Positions 48,654 through 58,371 are shown, numbered from the stretch's first letter. The stretch is DNA of 64,000 bases from Patescibacteria group bacterium (GCA_028288925.1 JAQGHG010000010.1:8057-72056); one strand, 5' to 3'. Made by a program: numbers and translations. Notes: a model not told the origin generated them from the sequence alone.

Positions 48654-49533
48654 CGAGTTTGTCCTGCAGGTAGGCCTTGAAAGCCGGAGCGATGGCGGGG
48701 TCGTCGAGAGCGACGTCGACGATGGCCTCGAGGTATTTCTCTTTGTTACCACAGTCGTGCCAGCGGCCTTCGATGTGGCGGGCGAAGACTTTGTCCTGGC
48801 TCATGAGCTGTTTGAGGGCGTTGGTGAGGTAGATTTCGCCGGTGTGGTCGGGCTGTTGAGCCTCGAGCAGGGGTATGATGTCGGGCGTCAGGAGGAAGCC
48901 ACCGGTGACGGCGTAGACTTGGCCGTCGTGGGTGGGGGCTTGCTCCACGGCCGGCTTCTCGACGAGCGTATTGAGCTCAAAGGTATGATCGTCGAGAGCA
49001 CTCTTGATGTCGACGACGCCGTAGTTTTTGGCCCGCTCGCGCTCGACCTGCGTTACCGCGATGACCGATTTGCCGGTTTTTTGGTAAGCGTCGAGGAGCG
49101 CGACGGCTCGCGGCACGGGACCATTAAAGAAATCGTCGGCGAAGAGGACGAAGAACGGCTTGCCGTTGAGGAGGTGAGCGGCATTGAGCACCGGCGTACC
49201 GTTGCCGTAGGTGCCTTTTTGGCGCAGATAGATGAAGTTTGCCATGTCGGCGACCTTCTTCATGCGCTCGGCGATGTCGGTTTTGCCTTTCTGCATGAGT
49301 TGGTTTTCGAGTTCGTATTGATGGTCAAAGTGGTCTTCGATGGTGCGCTTGTTGGCGCTGCCGACGATGATGATGTCGGTGACGCCGGCGGCGACGGCTT
49401 CTTCTACGACGTACTGGATGATGGGCTTATCAATGATGGGCAGCATTTCTTTGGGCATGGCTTTGGTCATTGGCAAGAAGCGGGTGCCCAGCCCGGCGGC
49501 GGCGATGACGGCGGTGGTAACTTTTTTATTCAT
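48646..49533 (-). CDS. galU: UTP--glucose-1-phosphate uridylyltransferase
   Basis: AVIAAAGLGTRFLPMTKAMPKEMLPI, VEKP motifs. Confidence 0.9.
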   Translation of the reverse strand: MNKKVTTAVIAAAGLGTRFLPMTKAMPKEMLPIIDKPIIQYVVEEAVAAGVTDIIIVGSANKRTIEDHFDHQYELENQLMQKGKTDIAERMKKVADMANFIYLRQKGTYGNGTPVLNAAHLLNGKPFFVLFADDFFNGPVPRAVALLDAYQKTGKSVIAVTQVERERAKNYGVVDIKSALDDHTFELNTLVEKPAVEQAPTHDGQVYAVTGGFLLTPDIIPLLEAQQPDHTGEIYLTNALKQLMSQDKVFARHIEGRWHDCGNKEKYLEAIVDVALDDPAIAPAFKAYLQDKLGG

Positions 49534-49546
49534 AATCGTTAGTTTA

Positions 49547-50689
49547 CTACAATTGGCGCCAAAATAGGCTGGAGCCTATCTCGGGCAAGCGCGCTATCCA
49601 ATTGCGCTGAGGCCAAACCGAGCTACGGATGTAGTGGGATTTCTTGAGATCTTCGAGAAATTGGAGGTCGAGCGTGGTGATAGTGCCGGGATCGGTGACG
49701 GAAATGTTGAGCTCGTCATTGAGGACGAGTGAGCGGTTGTCGAGATTGGTAGAGCCGAGGGTAGCCCACATGCTATCGGCGGTGATGATCTTGGAGTGGT
49801 GCATGGTGTGTTGGTACTCATAGATTTTGACACCGCTGTCCAAGAGAGGCTGGTACGTGGCGCGGGCGGCGAAAAGGGTGATCTTGTAGTCGGTAAAAGG
49901 ACCGTTGGTGAGTACGCGCACGTCGACGCCGCGCCGGGCCGCCGCGGCTAGCGCCTCCACGATCTTGGGGCTGGGTATAAAGTAGGCGCTGGTGATCCAC
50001 AGGCGGTGCTCGGCCGCGGCAAAGACCACATCGAGCAGCTTTTCGATCTGGGTGGGGCGCGAACGGGTCGAGCTGATGGTGGTATGGACGGCGACGGAGC
50101 CGCGGTCCAGCGGCGTGGGTAGCTCCGGCAGCCGCTGGCGGGTGGCTTCGCGCCAGTTTTCGGCGAAGCCGGCGTAGAGATCGAGACAGGCGGGGCCTTC
50201 GATGCGGCAGTGGGTTTCGCGCCAGTGATGCCGGTCTTGGGCCGAGCCGGTCCACTCGTCGGCGATGCCGACACCGCCGGTGAATCCGACGGCGCCGTCG
50301 ACGAGCAGGATTTTGCGGTGGGTGCGGTTGTTGAACTTGTGCAGATGCGGCCATCGCACCGGCCGGAACCACGCCACCTGCACGCCCGCGCGTTCGAGTC
50401 GCCAGAGGCTGCGCGTATCCATGGTAGCCGCGCCGATGGCGTCGAGCAGCAAGCGCACTTTGATGCCGGCGCGGGCCCGCTCGCAGAGGGCTTGCTCGAC
50501 CTCGCTGGCGATGCGGCTGCGCCAAAATACGTAGGTCAGGAATTCGATCTGAGTTTCGGCGCCGCGGATGGCCGCGAGCATCGCCGGAAAGATTTCATCG
50601 CCGTTTTGCAGGATGGTGATCTGATTTCCCGCCCGGTACGGTGTGCCGGTGGCTTCTTGGGTGATGTTGATATACCGGTTATGGCTCAT
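49547..50689 (-). CDS. phospholipase D-family protein / cardiolipin synthase (ClsB-like, no N-terminal TM)
   Basis: Two HKD motifs (HRKILLVDG, HSKIITAD). Confidence 0.8.
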   Translation of the reverse strand: MSHNRYINITQEATGTPYRAGNQITILQNGDEIFPAMLAAIRGAETQIEFLTYVFWRSRIASEVEQALCERARAGIKVRLLLDAIGAATMDTRSLWRLERAGVQVAWFRPVRWPHLHKFNNRTHRKILLVDGAVGFTGGVGIADEWTGSAQDRHHWRETHCRIEGPACLDLYAGFAENWREATRQRLPELPTPLDRGSVAVHTTISSTRSRPTQIEKLLDVVFAAAEHRLWITSAYFIPSPKIVEALAAAARRGVDVRVLTNGPFTDYKITLFAARATYQPLLDSGVKIYEYQHTMHHSKIITADSMWATLGSTNLDNRSLVLNDELNISVTDPGTITTLDLQFLEDLKKSHYIRSSVWPQRNWIARLPEIGSSLFWRQL

Positions 50690-50695
50690 GTTGTT

Positions 50696-51055
50696 CTATT
50701 TTACACGCCAATGGGTAGGTCCGAGCAAGCGTTGGCGGGAGAGTACCGCGGCGCGCTCCATTCGCCGGCGTTCTTGATCGAGCTGGGAGCGGCCTAATTG
50801 AGTGATTTGATAATATCGGCGGGGCTTGCCGGGCGCTATTTGGGGGCGCCCATTGTATTCGTCAATGAGCCGGCTCTTAGCCAGTGTGGCGAGCGCGCCG
50901 TAGAGCGTGCTAGATGAGAGTACCACGCTTCCGGCCGAGTCGGTAGACACTTGCTGCTGGATGTCGTATCCGTGAGCCGGCGCGTCGCAAAGCGCTAGTA
51001 GGATATGGAATATTTGAGGTGTGAGCGGGGTGTCGTACCCGCGGGTGGAATGCAT
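50696..51055 (-). CDS. PadR-family transcriptional regulator
   Basis: FHILLALCDAPAHGYDI...LYGALATLAKSRLI. Confidence 0.8.
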   Translation of the reverse strand: MHSTRGYDTPLTPQIFHILLALCDAPAHGYDIQQQVSTDSAGSVVLSSSTLYGALATLAKSRLIDEYNGRPQIAPGKPRRYYQITQLGRSQLDQERRRMERAAVLSRQRLLGPTHWRVK

Positions 51056-51065
51056 GCAGGGCAGT

Positions 51066-51086
51066 ATATGTCGTCAAACGACATAT
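51066..51086. promoter_or_regulatory. perfect palindrome ATATGTCGT-caa-ACGACATAT (ATGT-N9-ACAT, PadR-type operator) 10 nt upstream of padR start; degenerate second copy at 51121..51145
   Basis: 9-bp inverted repeat; PadR regulators commonly bind ATGT-N8/10-ACAT. Confidence 0.55.
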
Positions 51087-51321
51087 AGTCAATCGTTTTC
51101 GAGTAAGAAATTCGATATTCTATATGTCGTTTGGCGATATATAGGCTTATGGGTGCGTCGGGCCCTGAGTAATCCCCGCAACATCACCCACCTCCGGCGC
51201 CTTAGAGTCATACACCACGATCGCCACAGTAGGCCACTCTGGCAAACAGCTTTTGGGCCGCCACCAGCTTTCACCCACCGGACAGCGTCGCGCTTTCCGG
51301 CGGTTTGACGATCGACGAATA

Positions 51322-51576
51322 CTAATCCGGAATCCGGATGCGATCGGGGTTGTTGGCTTGCCACTGCTTGATGGCATCGATTTGTTTCTGGAGAATCTTG
51401 ATGAACTTTTCGGAGCTGCCGGCGTTGATGCGCAAGACTTTGTAGTGGTCGAGGAGCTGCGGCAGGAGCTTGTCGCGGCCGCGGAAGAGCATGAGCGGCT
51501 CATCGGCCGGGATGGGCGTGCCGTCAAGCTTGGTGATGTCGCCGGAGGTTTGGTACTTGGTGTCGATCTGTCGCAT
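51322..51576 (-). CDS. small hypothetical protein (84 aa)
   Basis: ORF only. Confidence 0.4.
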   Translation of the reverse strand: MRQIDTKYQTSGDITKLDGTPIPADEPLMLFRGRDKLLPQLLDHYKVLRINAGSSEKFIKILQKQIDAIKQWQANNPDRIRIPD

Positions 51577-51658
51577 GGTGAGACCTTTTCGTTAATTGGA
51601 TATTCTCAGCGTAGCGAGCTGGGTGAGGCCAATCTAGAGAAGAGGTCTTCGGTAGATA

Positions 51659-52393
51659 CTAAAAGATGTCGTGATGATAGATCTCTTCGATATAGAAGAG
51701 CGGAAGGTCGCGGAACGGCTGGCCGGCCAATTGGACAAGTACCTGGGAGAATTGCTTACTGCCGTTAGTCTCGAGAGCCTCAGCCCGCGCGGCTTCCGGC
51801 AGGGGCAGCCAGGTATGCAGGCCAAATTCGTTCTTGACTGCCAGATCACCCTCGTACTTATCGGCGACACAAACATGATAGATAATGTCGCTGTAAAGCA
51901 GACCCTGGCTATCGAAGCGCACTTTGCGGAGCATGCCGAGGAGCGTGAAATTCGCGCTGAGGCCGGCCTCCTCGCCGAGGCGACGCTTCGCTGCCCGAAG
52001 GACGGGCTCGCCGCGCCGTAGCCCGCCGCCAATAAACTCGCGCTGGCCGGCAAACGGCTGACGCAGACGGTGTTGGGATAAAATCTGAGGACCTTGCTCT
52101 GACTCCCGGATTACCAAGCACAAAACCGCGATCTTAAAGCGGTTGCTCTCCCCTTTTTCGTCGAGAGGATTGAGCTCAATAATATATTTCTTGCCGCTCG
52201 AAGTTAGGAAGTATTTTTCGTCTTCTTTAAAAACGAGCTGGTTCTTGACCAAATATTGCAGATGGTAATTGTAGAGATCGCTCTCGACGTCGTCGGGCTT
52301 CATGTCGGTGTAGCGTAGGCCGGCTGAGGCGACCCGCAGGCACTCGAGAATAGCCTGCTGGATGGGGTGGCGCGATGTCATAGGGGTAGCCAT
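51659..52393 (-). CDS. NUDIX hydrolase with N-terminal winged-helix-like domain
   Basis: C-terminal Nudix box GGGLRRGEPVLRAAKRRLGEEAGL; ~100-aa N-terminal wHTH-like region. Confidence 0.65.
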   Translation of the reverse strand: MATPMTSRHPIQQAILECLRVASAGLRYTDMKPDDVESDLYNYHLQYLVKNQLVFKEDEKYFLTSSGKKYIIELNPLDEKGESNRFKIAVLCLVIRESEQGPQILSQHRLRQPFAGQREFIGGGLRRGEPVLRAAKRRLGEEAGLSANFTLLGMLRKVRFDSQGLLYSDIIYHVCVADKYEGDLAVKNEFGLHTWLPLPEAARAEALETNGSKQFSQVLVQLAGQPFRDLPLFYIEEIYHHDIF

Positions 52394-52419
52394 GGGCTGA
52401 GTATATCAAATGGTATGAT

Positions 52420-52821
52420 ATGACCATGGATCTGCAAGTAGGGGTAAAAGCCCTGATTCGAGATAACGACGGCCGGTTTTTGCTGCTGCACCGGACCGAG
52501 CCGCTGCTGGACGGGAGTGGTATGCGATGGGATATTCCGGGCGGCAAGATCAATGCCAACGAACGGCTGCCCGACGCGCTGCAACGCGAAGTGCTAAAAG
52601 AGACCGGCCTAGCGCTGGAAGGTGAGCCCGTGCTCGTGGCTGCCCAGGATATCTTCATCATGGGCGCGGGCCAACATGTGGTACGGCTGACGTATGTGGC
52701 GCGGGCCAAGGGATTTGTCCGGCTCGGCGACGAGCACCAGGAGTACCGCTGGCTCAAGCGCGAGGGGGCGCTGGGCCTGCCGGTGGATGATTATTTGCGG
52801 GCGGTACTGGAGTCTCTCTAG
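52420..52821 (+). CDS. NUDIX hydrolase
   Basis: GGKINANERLPDALQREVLKETGL Nudix box. Confidence 0.8.
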   Translation: MTMDLQVGVKALIRDNDGRFLLLHRTEPLLDGSGMRWDIPGGKINANERLPDALQREVLKETGLALEGEPVLVAAQDIFIMGAGQHVVRLTYVARAKGFVRLGDEHQEYRWLKREGALGLPVDDYLRAVLESL

Positions 52822-53906
52822 GCTTCGAGGCGGACGATGCCGGCGTCGGCGTCGACGGTGACGCGCTGGCCGTCCTTGAGCTTGGTAGTGGCATCGCGGG
52901 TGGCGGTGAGGCAGGGTTTGCCGAGCTCGCGGGCGATGATAGCCGCGTGGCTCAGTATGCCGCCCAGATCGGTGACGATGGCGGCGGCCTGTTGCATGAG
53001 CGGCAGATAGTCCGGCGTGGTCATGCGGCAGACCAGGATTTCGCCGGGGTTCAGTGTCACGTTTTTAATGTCTTCAACTATGCGTATGCGACCCGTGGCC
53101 TTCCCCGGGCTACCAGCCTGGCCTGATACCAGTGCATTTTTGGTATGGTCCCCTATGGCCAAGGGCGTCTGATAAAGCCGTCCCAAGATGCGATTGTAGT
53201 CGATAAACCAGATCCCGAATTGGTCCGAAGCGGTACTCTCAAAGTAGCCCTCCAGATAGTTGTGAGCAAACGTAGCATCGAGTTCAGCCGCAAGGATGCT
53301 TTGTTTATCCGCGTCGGCTACCCGGAGGTGAGCTAGGAGAACTTTAAGATGCTCAAGCGCCGCCGGTTCGTCCTGATCCATATTCCAGGTATCAAAATCC
53401 CATGAAAAGCCTATGGGTGTATGGGCTTCGTAGTAGCCTTGAGTAAGTTCATTGTGACCACCCCTAGTAATCTCCCCGAATACCCCCTGGTGATTGACGA
53501 CAAAGATGGTGGCCCAGTTGGTTCGCTCTGCATGAGGTACAAAGTCGATGCGGTAATCGGAGGGATTAATGGTTTGGCCGGCGAGCCAATCCAGGGCATC
53601 GTTTATTGTTTTGCCACGCATTCGCAGTTTGGGCAATGCAGGATCATGGGGTATAACGCGAATGGCACAGAGTTCGTGGCCGTGGGTTTTGAGGAAAGCC
53701 TGGAACTTGGTTCCGCGCTCGATAACTGTTTTTGCCTCAAACTGCTGTGGTTGGTCAAACGGAAGCCCGATGAGCTCTTTGAGATGTCTGAGACGCTCGC
53801 GTTTGTTGTTGTCTTCGATACTCATGGCCTCAGCTCCAGCGTGGTTCATCTTCTGTAGCCATTCGGTGAGTGATATTTGCTTTTTATAGAAAGCGGCGTG
53901 GTCCAT
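52818..53906 (-). CDS. PEP-utilising-enzyme mobile (phosphohistidine) domain protein with ~250-aa uncharacterised N-terminal region
   Basis: C-terminal GRIRIVEDI...DLGGILSHAAIIARELGKPCL; own AGGAG RBS. Confidence 0.7.
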   Translation of the reverse strand: MDHAAFYKKQISLTEWLQKMNHAGAEAMSIEDNNKRERLRHLKELIGLPFDQPQQFEAKTVIERGTKFQAFLKTHGHELCAIRVIPHDPALPKLRMRGKTINDALDWLAGQTINPSDYRIDFVPHAERTNWATIFVVNHQGVFGEITRGGHNELTQGYYEAHTPIGFSWDFDTWNMDQDEPAALEHLKVLLAHLRVADADKQSILAAELDATFAHNYLEGYFESTASDQFGIWFIDYNRILGRLYQTPLAIGDHTKNALVSGQAGSPGKATGRIRIVEDIKNVTLNPGEILVCRMTTPDYLPLMQQAAAIVTDLGGILSHAAIIARELGKPCLTATRDATTKLKDGQRVTVDADAGIVRLEA

Positions 53907-53921
53907 TGAAGGGCTCCTGAG

Positions 53922-54755
53922 TTAGAGGGTGGTAATGGGACGGGCTTGGAGGATGTGGAGTTTGTCCCAGGCATAGGCCCACTCGAGGTCGAGCGGAAGG
54001 CCAAATTGGGCTTCGAGGCGGCCCGCCAGCTGGGTGAGTTCGGCGAGCTGGACCGGAGTGAGAGCGGGCTTGGTTTGACGGTCCGGAGCTACGGGCTGCT
54101 CTCTGAGACCGCTGGTCGCCCCCACCAGCATAACGGTTTTTTCGACGATGGTCTGATTGATGATTTGACCTGTGGTTTTATTAATAAGGTAATTATCGGG
54201 CGTCGCGATGCCTTGCACTAATAGCTCTCCCAGGCCATAAACGGCTTCTACCACGATCTGATCGCGGGCCTTGGTGACGGGATTGGCGGTAAAGAGCACG
54301 CCGGAAACGTCGCTTGGGATCATGGCCTGAACGATGACTGCCACGGGCATGTGGCTCCGGCCGGCGTCATAGGCTTGGGCGCGGGCGGCCGCGCCGGACC
54401 GGCGGCAATCGGCGATGCGCGCCAAGATGTCGCCGCGCTGCACGTACAGGTAGCTCTCGAACTGACCGGCCCATGATTGGCCCGGGCCGTCCTCCCCCAC
54501 CCCCGAGGAACGTACCGCCACGGAAGGCGTACCGAGCTGATCGAAGGCAGCGAGTATTTGGCTTTGCGAGGCTCCGATATCAGTGTCCGGCGGCACGACG
54601 AAGCCCGGCGGCACCGGCGCGCCGTACGCCATGAGCCGGCCGAGAGCGGCGGCTTTGCCGCCTACCGTGCCGAGGGGCGCTGCGGCGGCTTGCTTGAGGC
54701 CCCAGGTAATACGTGCGTTAGGTGAGATCATATATGCGATTATATCCTTATTCAT
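53922..54755 (-). CDS. pyruvate-phosphate-dikinase N-terminal (ATP-grasp PEP/pyruvate-binding, PPDK_N) domain protein
   Basis: GGKAAALGRL...VAVRSSGVGEDGPGQSWAGQFESYL...ANPVT. With the downstream ORF it forms a split PEP-synthase / rifampin-phosphotransferase-like enzyme. Confidence 0.7.
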   Translation of the reverse strand: MNKDIIAYMISPNARITWGLKQAAAAPLGTVGGKAAALGRLMAYGAPVPPGFVVPPDTDIGASQSQILAAFDQLGTPSVAVRSSGVGEDGPGQSWAGQFESYLYVQRGDILARIADCRRSGAAARAQAYDAGRSHMPVAVIVQAMIPSDVSGVLFTANPVTKARDQIVVEAVYGLGELLVQGIATPDNYLINKTTGQIINQTIVEKTVMLVGATSGLREQPVAPDRQTKPALTPVQLAELTQLAGRLEAQFGLPLDLEWAYAWDKLHILQARPITTL

Positions 54756-55141
54756 CCAGTATTTGACGACCGACCGAGGCCGATGTACATTTAAACGACA
54801 AATAGGCTATGCCCCGCCCCCCCCGTTTCTTTGTAAGAGCGGGGGGAGAACTTTTTAAGCGGCTCTCACGATATCTGCTATTTCTTGTCTTATTTTTGTA
54901 ATATCTTCATCGCCCACCCACCCATCGTGATTAATGAGCCGGCGCGCATCAAAGGCTCGGATCTGTGAGACCAATGCGGTTTTGTAGGATACAGACTGTT
55001 GAAAACGGGGCGGGTGAAGTCTGGGCCCTTGCCGTCCTCCTCGAACCCGACATTACACCCAACAGCTGCCCACCAAACCTCTTGCTCGTAATAGTGAGGG
55101 ATGGTTAACCGAACATAATGCGAACGTGCAAGCTTAAGGGG

Positions 55142-55627
55142 CTAGCGGCGGGCCCGGGCGCGTTTGTGGCGGGCTTCGGTGCGGCGGTCGGCTTCGCGCT
55201 TGGCCAGGTGGTGGGCGTCGTCCATTTCGGTGGCTAGGTCGGTGATGTCGACGCCTTGCTTTTCGGCGAGGCGGATGAGGGTTTTCATGATGACGGCGAT
55301 TTCTTTTTCGGCTTGGAGGTCGGTTTCGTAGTCGAGCTGGGCGCGGATTTCGGCTTTTTCGGCGCTGCGGTTTTGGCTAATCATGACGAAGGTCGAAAGG
55401 AAGATGGCTTCCAGCGACACGACCATGGTCAGGAGGCCGAAGGGAAATTTATCGAACATGTAGGAGGCGCCGAGCAGGCCGAGATTGGCCGCGATCCACA
55501 GGCCGAACCAGAGGGTGTGGAAGTAGACGAACTTGATGTTGCCGGCAAAGGCTGTAATGCCGTCGGACAGCTTATCCTCGAAATCCCGGAACTGCCTAAT
55601 ATACGAGTTAGGGTTGATGAGCGCCAC
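55142..55627 (-). CDS. DUF1003-family membrane protein
   Basis: MVVSLEAIFLSTFVMISQNR consensus with a coiled-coil tail. Confidence 0.6.
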   Translation of the reverse strand: MALINPNSYIRQFRDFEDKLSDGITAFAGNIKFVYFHTLWFGLWIAANLGLLGASYMFDKFPFGLLTMVVSLEAIFLSTFVMISQNRSAEKAEIRAQLDYETDLQAEKEIAVIMKTLIRLAEKQGVDITDLATEMDDAHHLAKREADRRTEARHKRARARR

Positions 55628-55672
55628 GTGGTGAGCCCTTTCGTTATACGCTTAAGTATAGAACCGTGGGGG

Positions 55673-56242
55673 CTATTTGACGATGAGCAGCAGGATGAGG
55701 CTGGCGGCGAGCAGGCCGATGAAGACAAGGGCGGCCATCTCGGTGAGCTGCTGCTCGCGGGCTTCGACCTCGCGCAGATTGCGGGCGGCCACCACGTAGC
55801 CGCCGTGATAGTGGACGATGACGGCGGCGAGGCGGGATTGATCGTTGGGCTGCCAGGTGACGCGGTTTTCCTGAGGGGCGGCGGTGTCTTTGCCGGTGTC
55901 GGCCTTGGCGGCCGCGAAGGCGCCGGCCGGAGGCAGCACGGTGGCGCCGTCGAGCGTACCGGAGGTGGCGACGACGCCGCGCTGCTCATCGGTGACGATC
56001 AGGAACGGCGCCAAGCTGGCGCGCATATTCACCTGGCGGGCCGGCACGAGCGCACTGGGCTTCTCGCCGGCGGCCAGGGCGGCGGCGGTGTCCTCGGCCA
56101 TCTGGATCTGCGGGTCGTTGGCCGCCTGGCGGTGGCTCTGCTGCACGGTGGCGTACACCAGCGTGGTGAGGCCGACGCTCATCACCAAGTATGGCAGCCA
56201 GAGCCGGACGAGGGGAATTTCGCGAAAGGTGGGTAATTTCAT
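55673..56242 (-). CDS. hypothetical bitopic membrane protein (N- and C-terminal TM, Ala-rich periplasmic domain)
   Basis: Hydrophobic profile; preceded by RR-box site 2 and an 11-codon leaderless mini-ORF. Confidence 0.5.
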   Translation of the reverse strand: MKLPTFREIPLVRLWLPYLVMSVGLTTLVYATVQQSHRQAANDPQIQMAEDTAAALAAGEKPSALVPARQVNMRASLAPFLIVTDEQRGVVATSGTLDGATVLPPAGAFAAAKADTGKDTAAPQENRVTWQPNDQSRLAAVIVHYHGGYVVAARNLREVEAREQQLTEMAALVFIGLLAASLILLLIVK

Positions 56243-56298
56243 AGTAAGGGCTCCTTAGGCCGTCAATTGGGAGAGTGCACTTTGCTTCATGTACTTAG

Positions 56299-56329
56299 CT
56301 TACGCCTGCGGTGTGAAGGGGGCGTGAAG
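56299..56329 (-). promoter_or_regulatory. RR-box site 2: CTTACGCCTGCGGTGTGAAGGGGGCGTGAAG (GTGAAG-N5-GTGAA) 9 nt upstream of a mini-ORF ATG (56290)
   Basis: Same spacing and architecture as the sites at 59054 and 63361; in gene orientation a -10-like TAAGCT lies 7 nt before the ATG. Confidence 0.5.
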
Positions 56330-56334
56330 ACCTA

Positions 56335-56736
56335 TTACTCGTGTTTGAGCACTTGTTTAAAGTCGGCCATTGTCATAATCCTAATACCTTTGTGCTCGCC
56401 CAGCACCAATAGGTCCTGATCGGCCGTCACCAAATAATCAACCCGTCCGGCGATAGCTGCTGCCAAAATATGGTCGTCGGATGGGTCGCGGCAGATTTGT
56501 TCGATAGTGGTAGGAGTGACTACCTCGGAAACTTTGGCGAGTGCTCGGGTGGCGGCTTTGGCTTTCTGCTTAGTGAGACCTAAAGCTTCTACGAGCACCC
56601 GCTCGGTTTCATCGAGGATGAACTCCGAGGTTATATGGGCTACCTCGTTGTGCAGCAGGAGGTTTCGAAACACCAGCAGCTCGCCACGGCGCGCCAGTAT
56701 CTTTATGAGGATATTAGTGTCGAAAAGTACCCGCAT
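56335..56736 (-). CDS. PIN-domain toxin (putative VapC-like TA toxin)
   Basis: MRVLFDTNILI...D...D acidic PIN residues. Confidence 0.7.
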   Translation of the reverse strand: MRVLFDTNILIKILARRGELLVFRNLLLHNEVAHITSEFILDETERVLVEALGLTKQKAKAATRALAKVSEVVTPTTIEQICRDPSDDHILAAAIAGRVDYLVTADQDLLVLGEHKGIRIMTMADFKQVLKHE

Positions 56737-56739
56737 TGG

Positions 56740-57021
56740 CTACTTTTGAGTTTTTTGCTTCTGGCGGATGGTTTTAACAGCGCGCACAAAATCTTCATCG
56801 GTGTCGTAGCCTAGCGCCTGGGCTTTGATGGCCACATCCTCGGACAGGGCCTCGAGCAAGAGCCAATTGTCGGCCCGGCTCTGCATTTCGGTGGCTTTGA
56901 GCCTGCCCACGAGAGCTTGGCGAATGTAGTCGCTACGGCTGGCGTATTCGGCCTTGGCGGCTACGTCGATCTTTTTGACGAGCTCTTCGGGCAGGGAGAT
57001 GTTGATGGTTTGGGTGGACAT
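56740..57021 (-). CDS. ribbon-helix-helix (CopG-like) antitoxin
   Basis: INISLPEELVKKIDVAAKAEYASRSDYIRQAL RHH; 3-nt gap to the PIN gene. Confidence 0.65.
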   Translation of the reverse strand: MSTQTINISLPEELVKKIDVAAKAEYASRSDYIRQALVGRLKATEMQSRADNWLLLEALSEDVAIKAQALGYDTDEDFVRAVKTIRQKQKTQK

Positions 57022-57090
57022 GATTTTTGCTCCCGGTTATACAACAATTGTATGGTTGTTGTATGGTTTGTGTCAATTGTATCTAGGGAG

Positions 57091-58371
57091 TTAATCGTGG
57101 CGCAGCGCGGTGATGGGATCGAGGCGGGCGGCGCGGAGGGCGGGCAGCGTGCCGGCGAGCAGACCCAGGGCCATGGCCCCAGCGATGATGAAGATCATAT
57201 CGGTAGCCGGGTACAGCAGGATGTGGGTACCGGGAAAGCCTTTAAAGACCGACTTGAGCAAGATGCGGTCAATGAGCGGCCCGATGGCTATGGCCAGCCC
57301 TACGCCCGCTACGCCGCCCCAGAAGCCGATGGAGACGGCCTCGGATAGGAAGATGGCGAAGATGCCACGCGGGCGCATGCCTAGCGCCTTGAGCAGGCCG
57401 ACCTCTTGCGTGCGCTCGAGCACGGCCATGAGCAGGGTGTTGATGATGCCCAGCGCGGCGGCCAGCAAGGCTACCCCGGCGAAGGCGCTCAGACCCAGCT
57501 GCACCATATTGATGACGGTGTTGAAGTGGGCGGTTTCGTCGGCGAAGGTTTGGGCACTGTAGCCGCCGGCGTCGAGCGCGGACTTCATGCTGGCGGTTTG
57601 GGCGGAGGTCTGGTTGGGGTCGGTGGTGGCGAAGAGGCCTTCGGCTTTGAGTTTGCCGGCGGTTTGGTAGCTCGCCAGGTCGGCCTGCTCCAGGTAGCTG
57701 ATGGTCGCTCCCGGCGCGTGCAGGGTGTCGCTGGCCACGGCCGCCACCTTAAACTGTACGGTTTCGGAGCGCAGCACCTGGCCGGGCTTGTCGCCGGCCT
57801 GGCTCAGGCCCACGGTCACGGTCTTGCCCAGGGCGTCGGCGGCCGAGGCAAAGCCCAGGGTCTGGATGTAGGCGTAGGGCAGCACGATGGCGGTCTTGTC
57901 GGCCGGGTCGGGGTATTTGCCGGCGGTCACTTCTGGGTTGTTGGCGGTGGGATAGTTGGCTTGGAGCTGCACCACGTATTTCTTGCCACTGCCGGCCTGG
58001 ATGTAGTCCGGATTTACCTTATACACGGGATATGCTCCGGTGACGCCGGCCGCTTTCTTCACGGCGGCCACGTCGGCGTCGGTCATGTAGACGGTGCCGG
58101 TGGCGGCGCTGTGGGTGGGATCGTATTCGAGCACATTATTGGCGCTGCGGCGCTCGTCTTTGGTGTTGGCTTTGAGCTGCACGCTCATGGTATTAGGCTG
58201 GCCGTAGGCCTGGATCTGCGCGTCTATGTAGTGCCGCACGCCCTGGCTGAGCGCGGTGACCATAGCGAGCGTGAAGGTGCCTACTAAAATGGCGGTCACC
58301 GTAAGGAAGGTGCGGGACTTGGAGCGGGCCAGGTTGGAGCTGCCGGTTTTGGCGTATTCGAGGAGTTTCAT
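57091..58371 (-). CDS. ABC transporter permease, FtsX/MacB-type (1 TM + large extracytoplasmic domain + 3 TM)
   Basis: FtsX-like C-terminal TM bundle; overlaps the ATPase gene by 1 nt. Confidence 0.8.
   Translation of the reverse strand: MKLLEYAKTGSSNLARSKSRTFLTVTAILVGTFTLAMVTALSQGVRHYIDAQIQAYGQPNTMSVQLKANTKDERRSANNVLEYDPTHSAATGTVYMTDADVAAVKKAAGVTGAYPVYKVNPDYIQAGSGKKYVVQLQANYPTANNPEVTAGKYPDPADKTAIVLPYAYIQTLGFASAADALGKTVTVGLSQAGDKPGQVLRSETVQFKVAAVASDTLHAPGATISYLEQADLASYQTAGKLKAEGLFATTDPNQTSAQTASMKSALDAGGYSAQTFADETAHFNTVINMVQLGLSAFAGVALLAAALGIINTLLMAVLERTQEVGLLKALGMRPRGIFAIFLSEAVSIGFWGGVAGVGLAIAIGPLIDRILLKSVFKGFPGTHILLYPATDMIFIIAGAMALGLLAGTLPALRAARLDPITALRHD

Noticed and set aside
55020-55060. 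GGGTTCGAGGAG, resembling a tRNA T-arm
   Set aside because: No complementary T-stem, acceptor stem or anticodon arm can be formed from the flanking sequence.
55256-56236. 326-aa + strand ORF and 186-aa minus-strand ORF 55429..55989
   Set aside because: Gly/Glu/Asp-rich or Ser/Pro-rich out-of-frame translations overlapping the DUF1003 gene and the membrane-protein gene.
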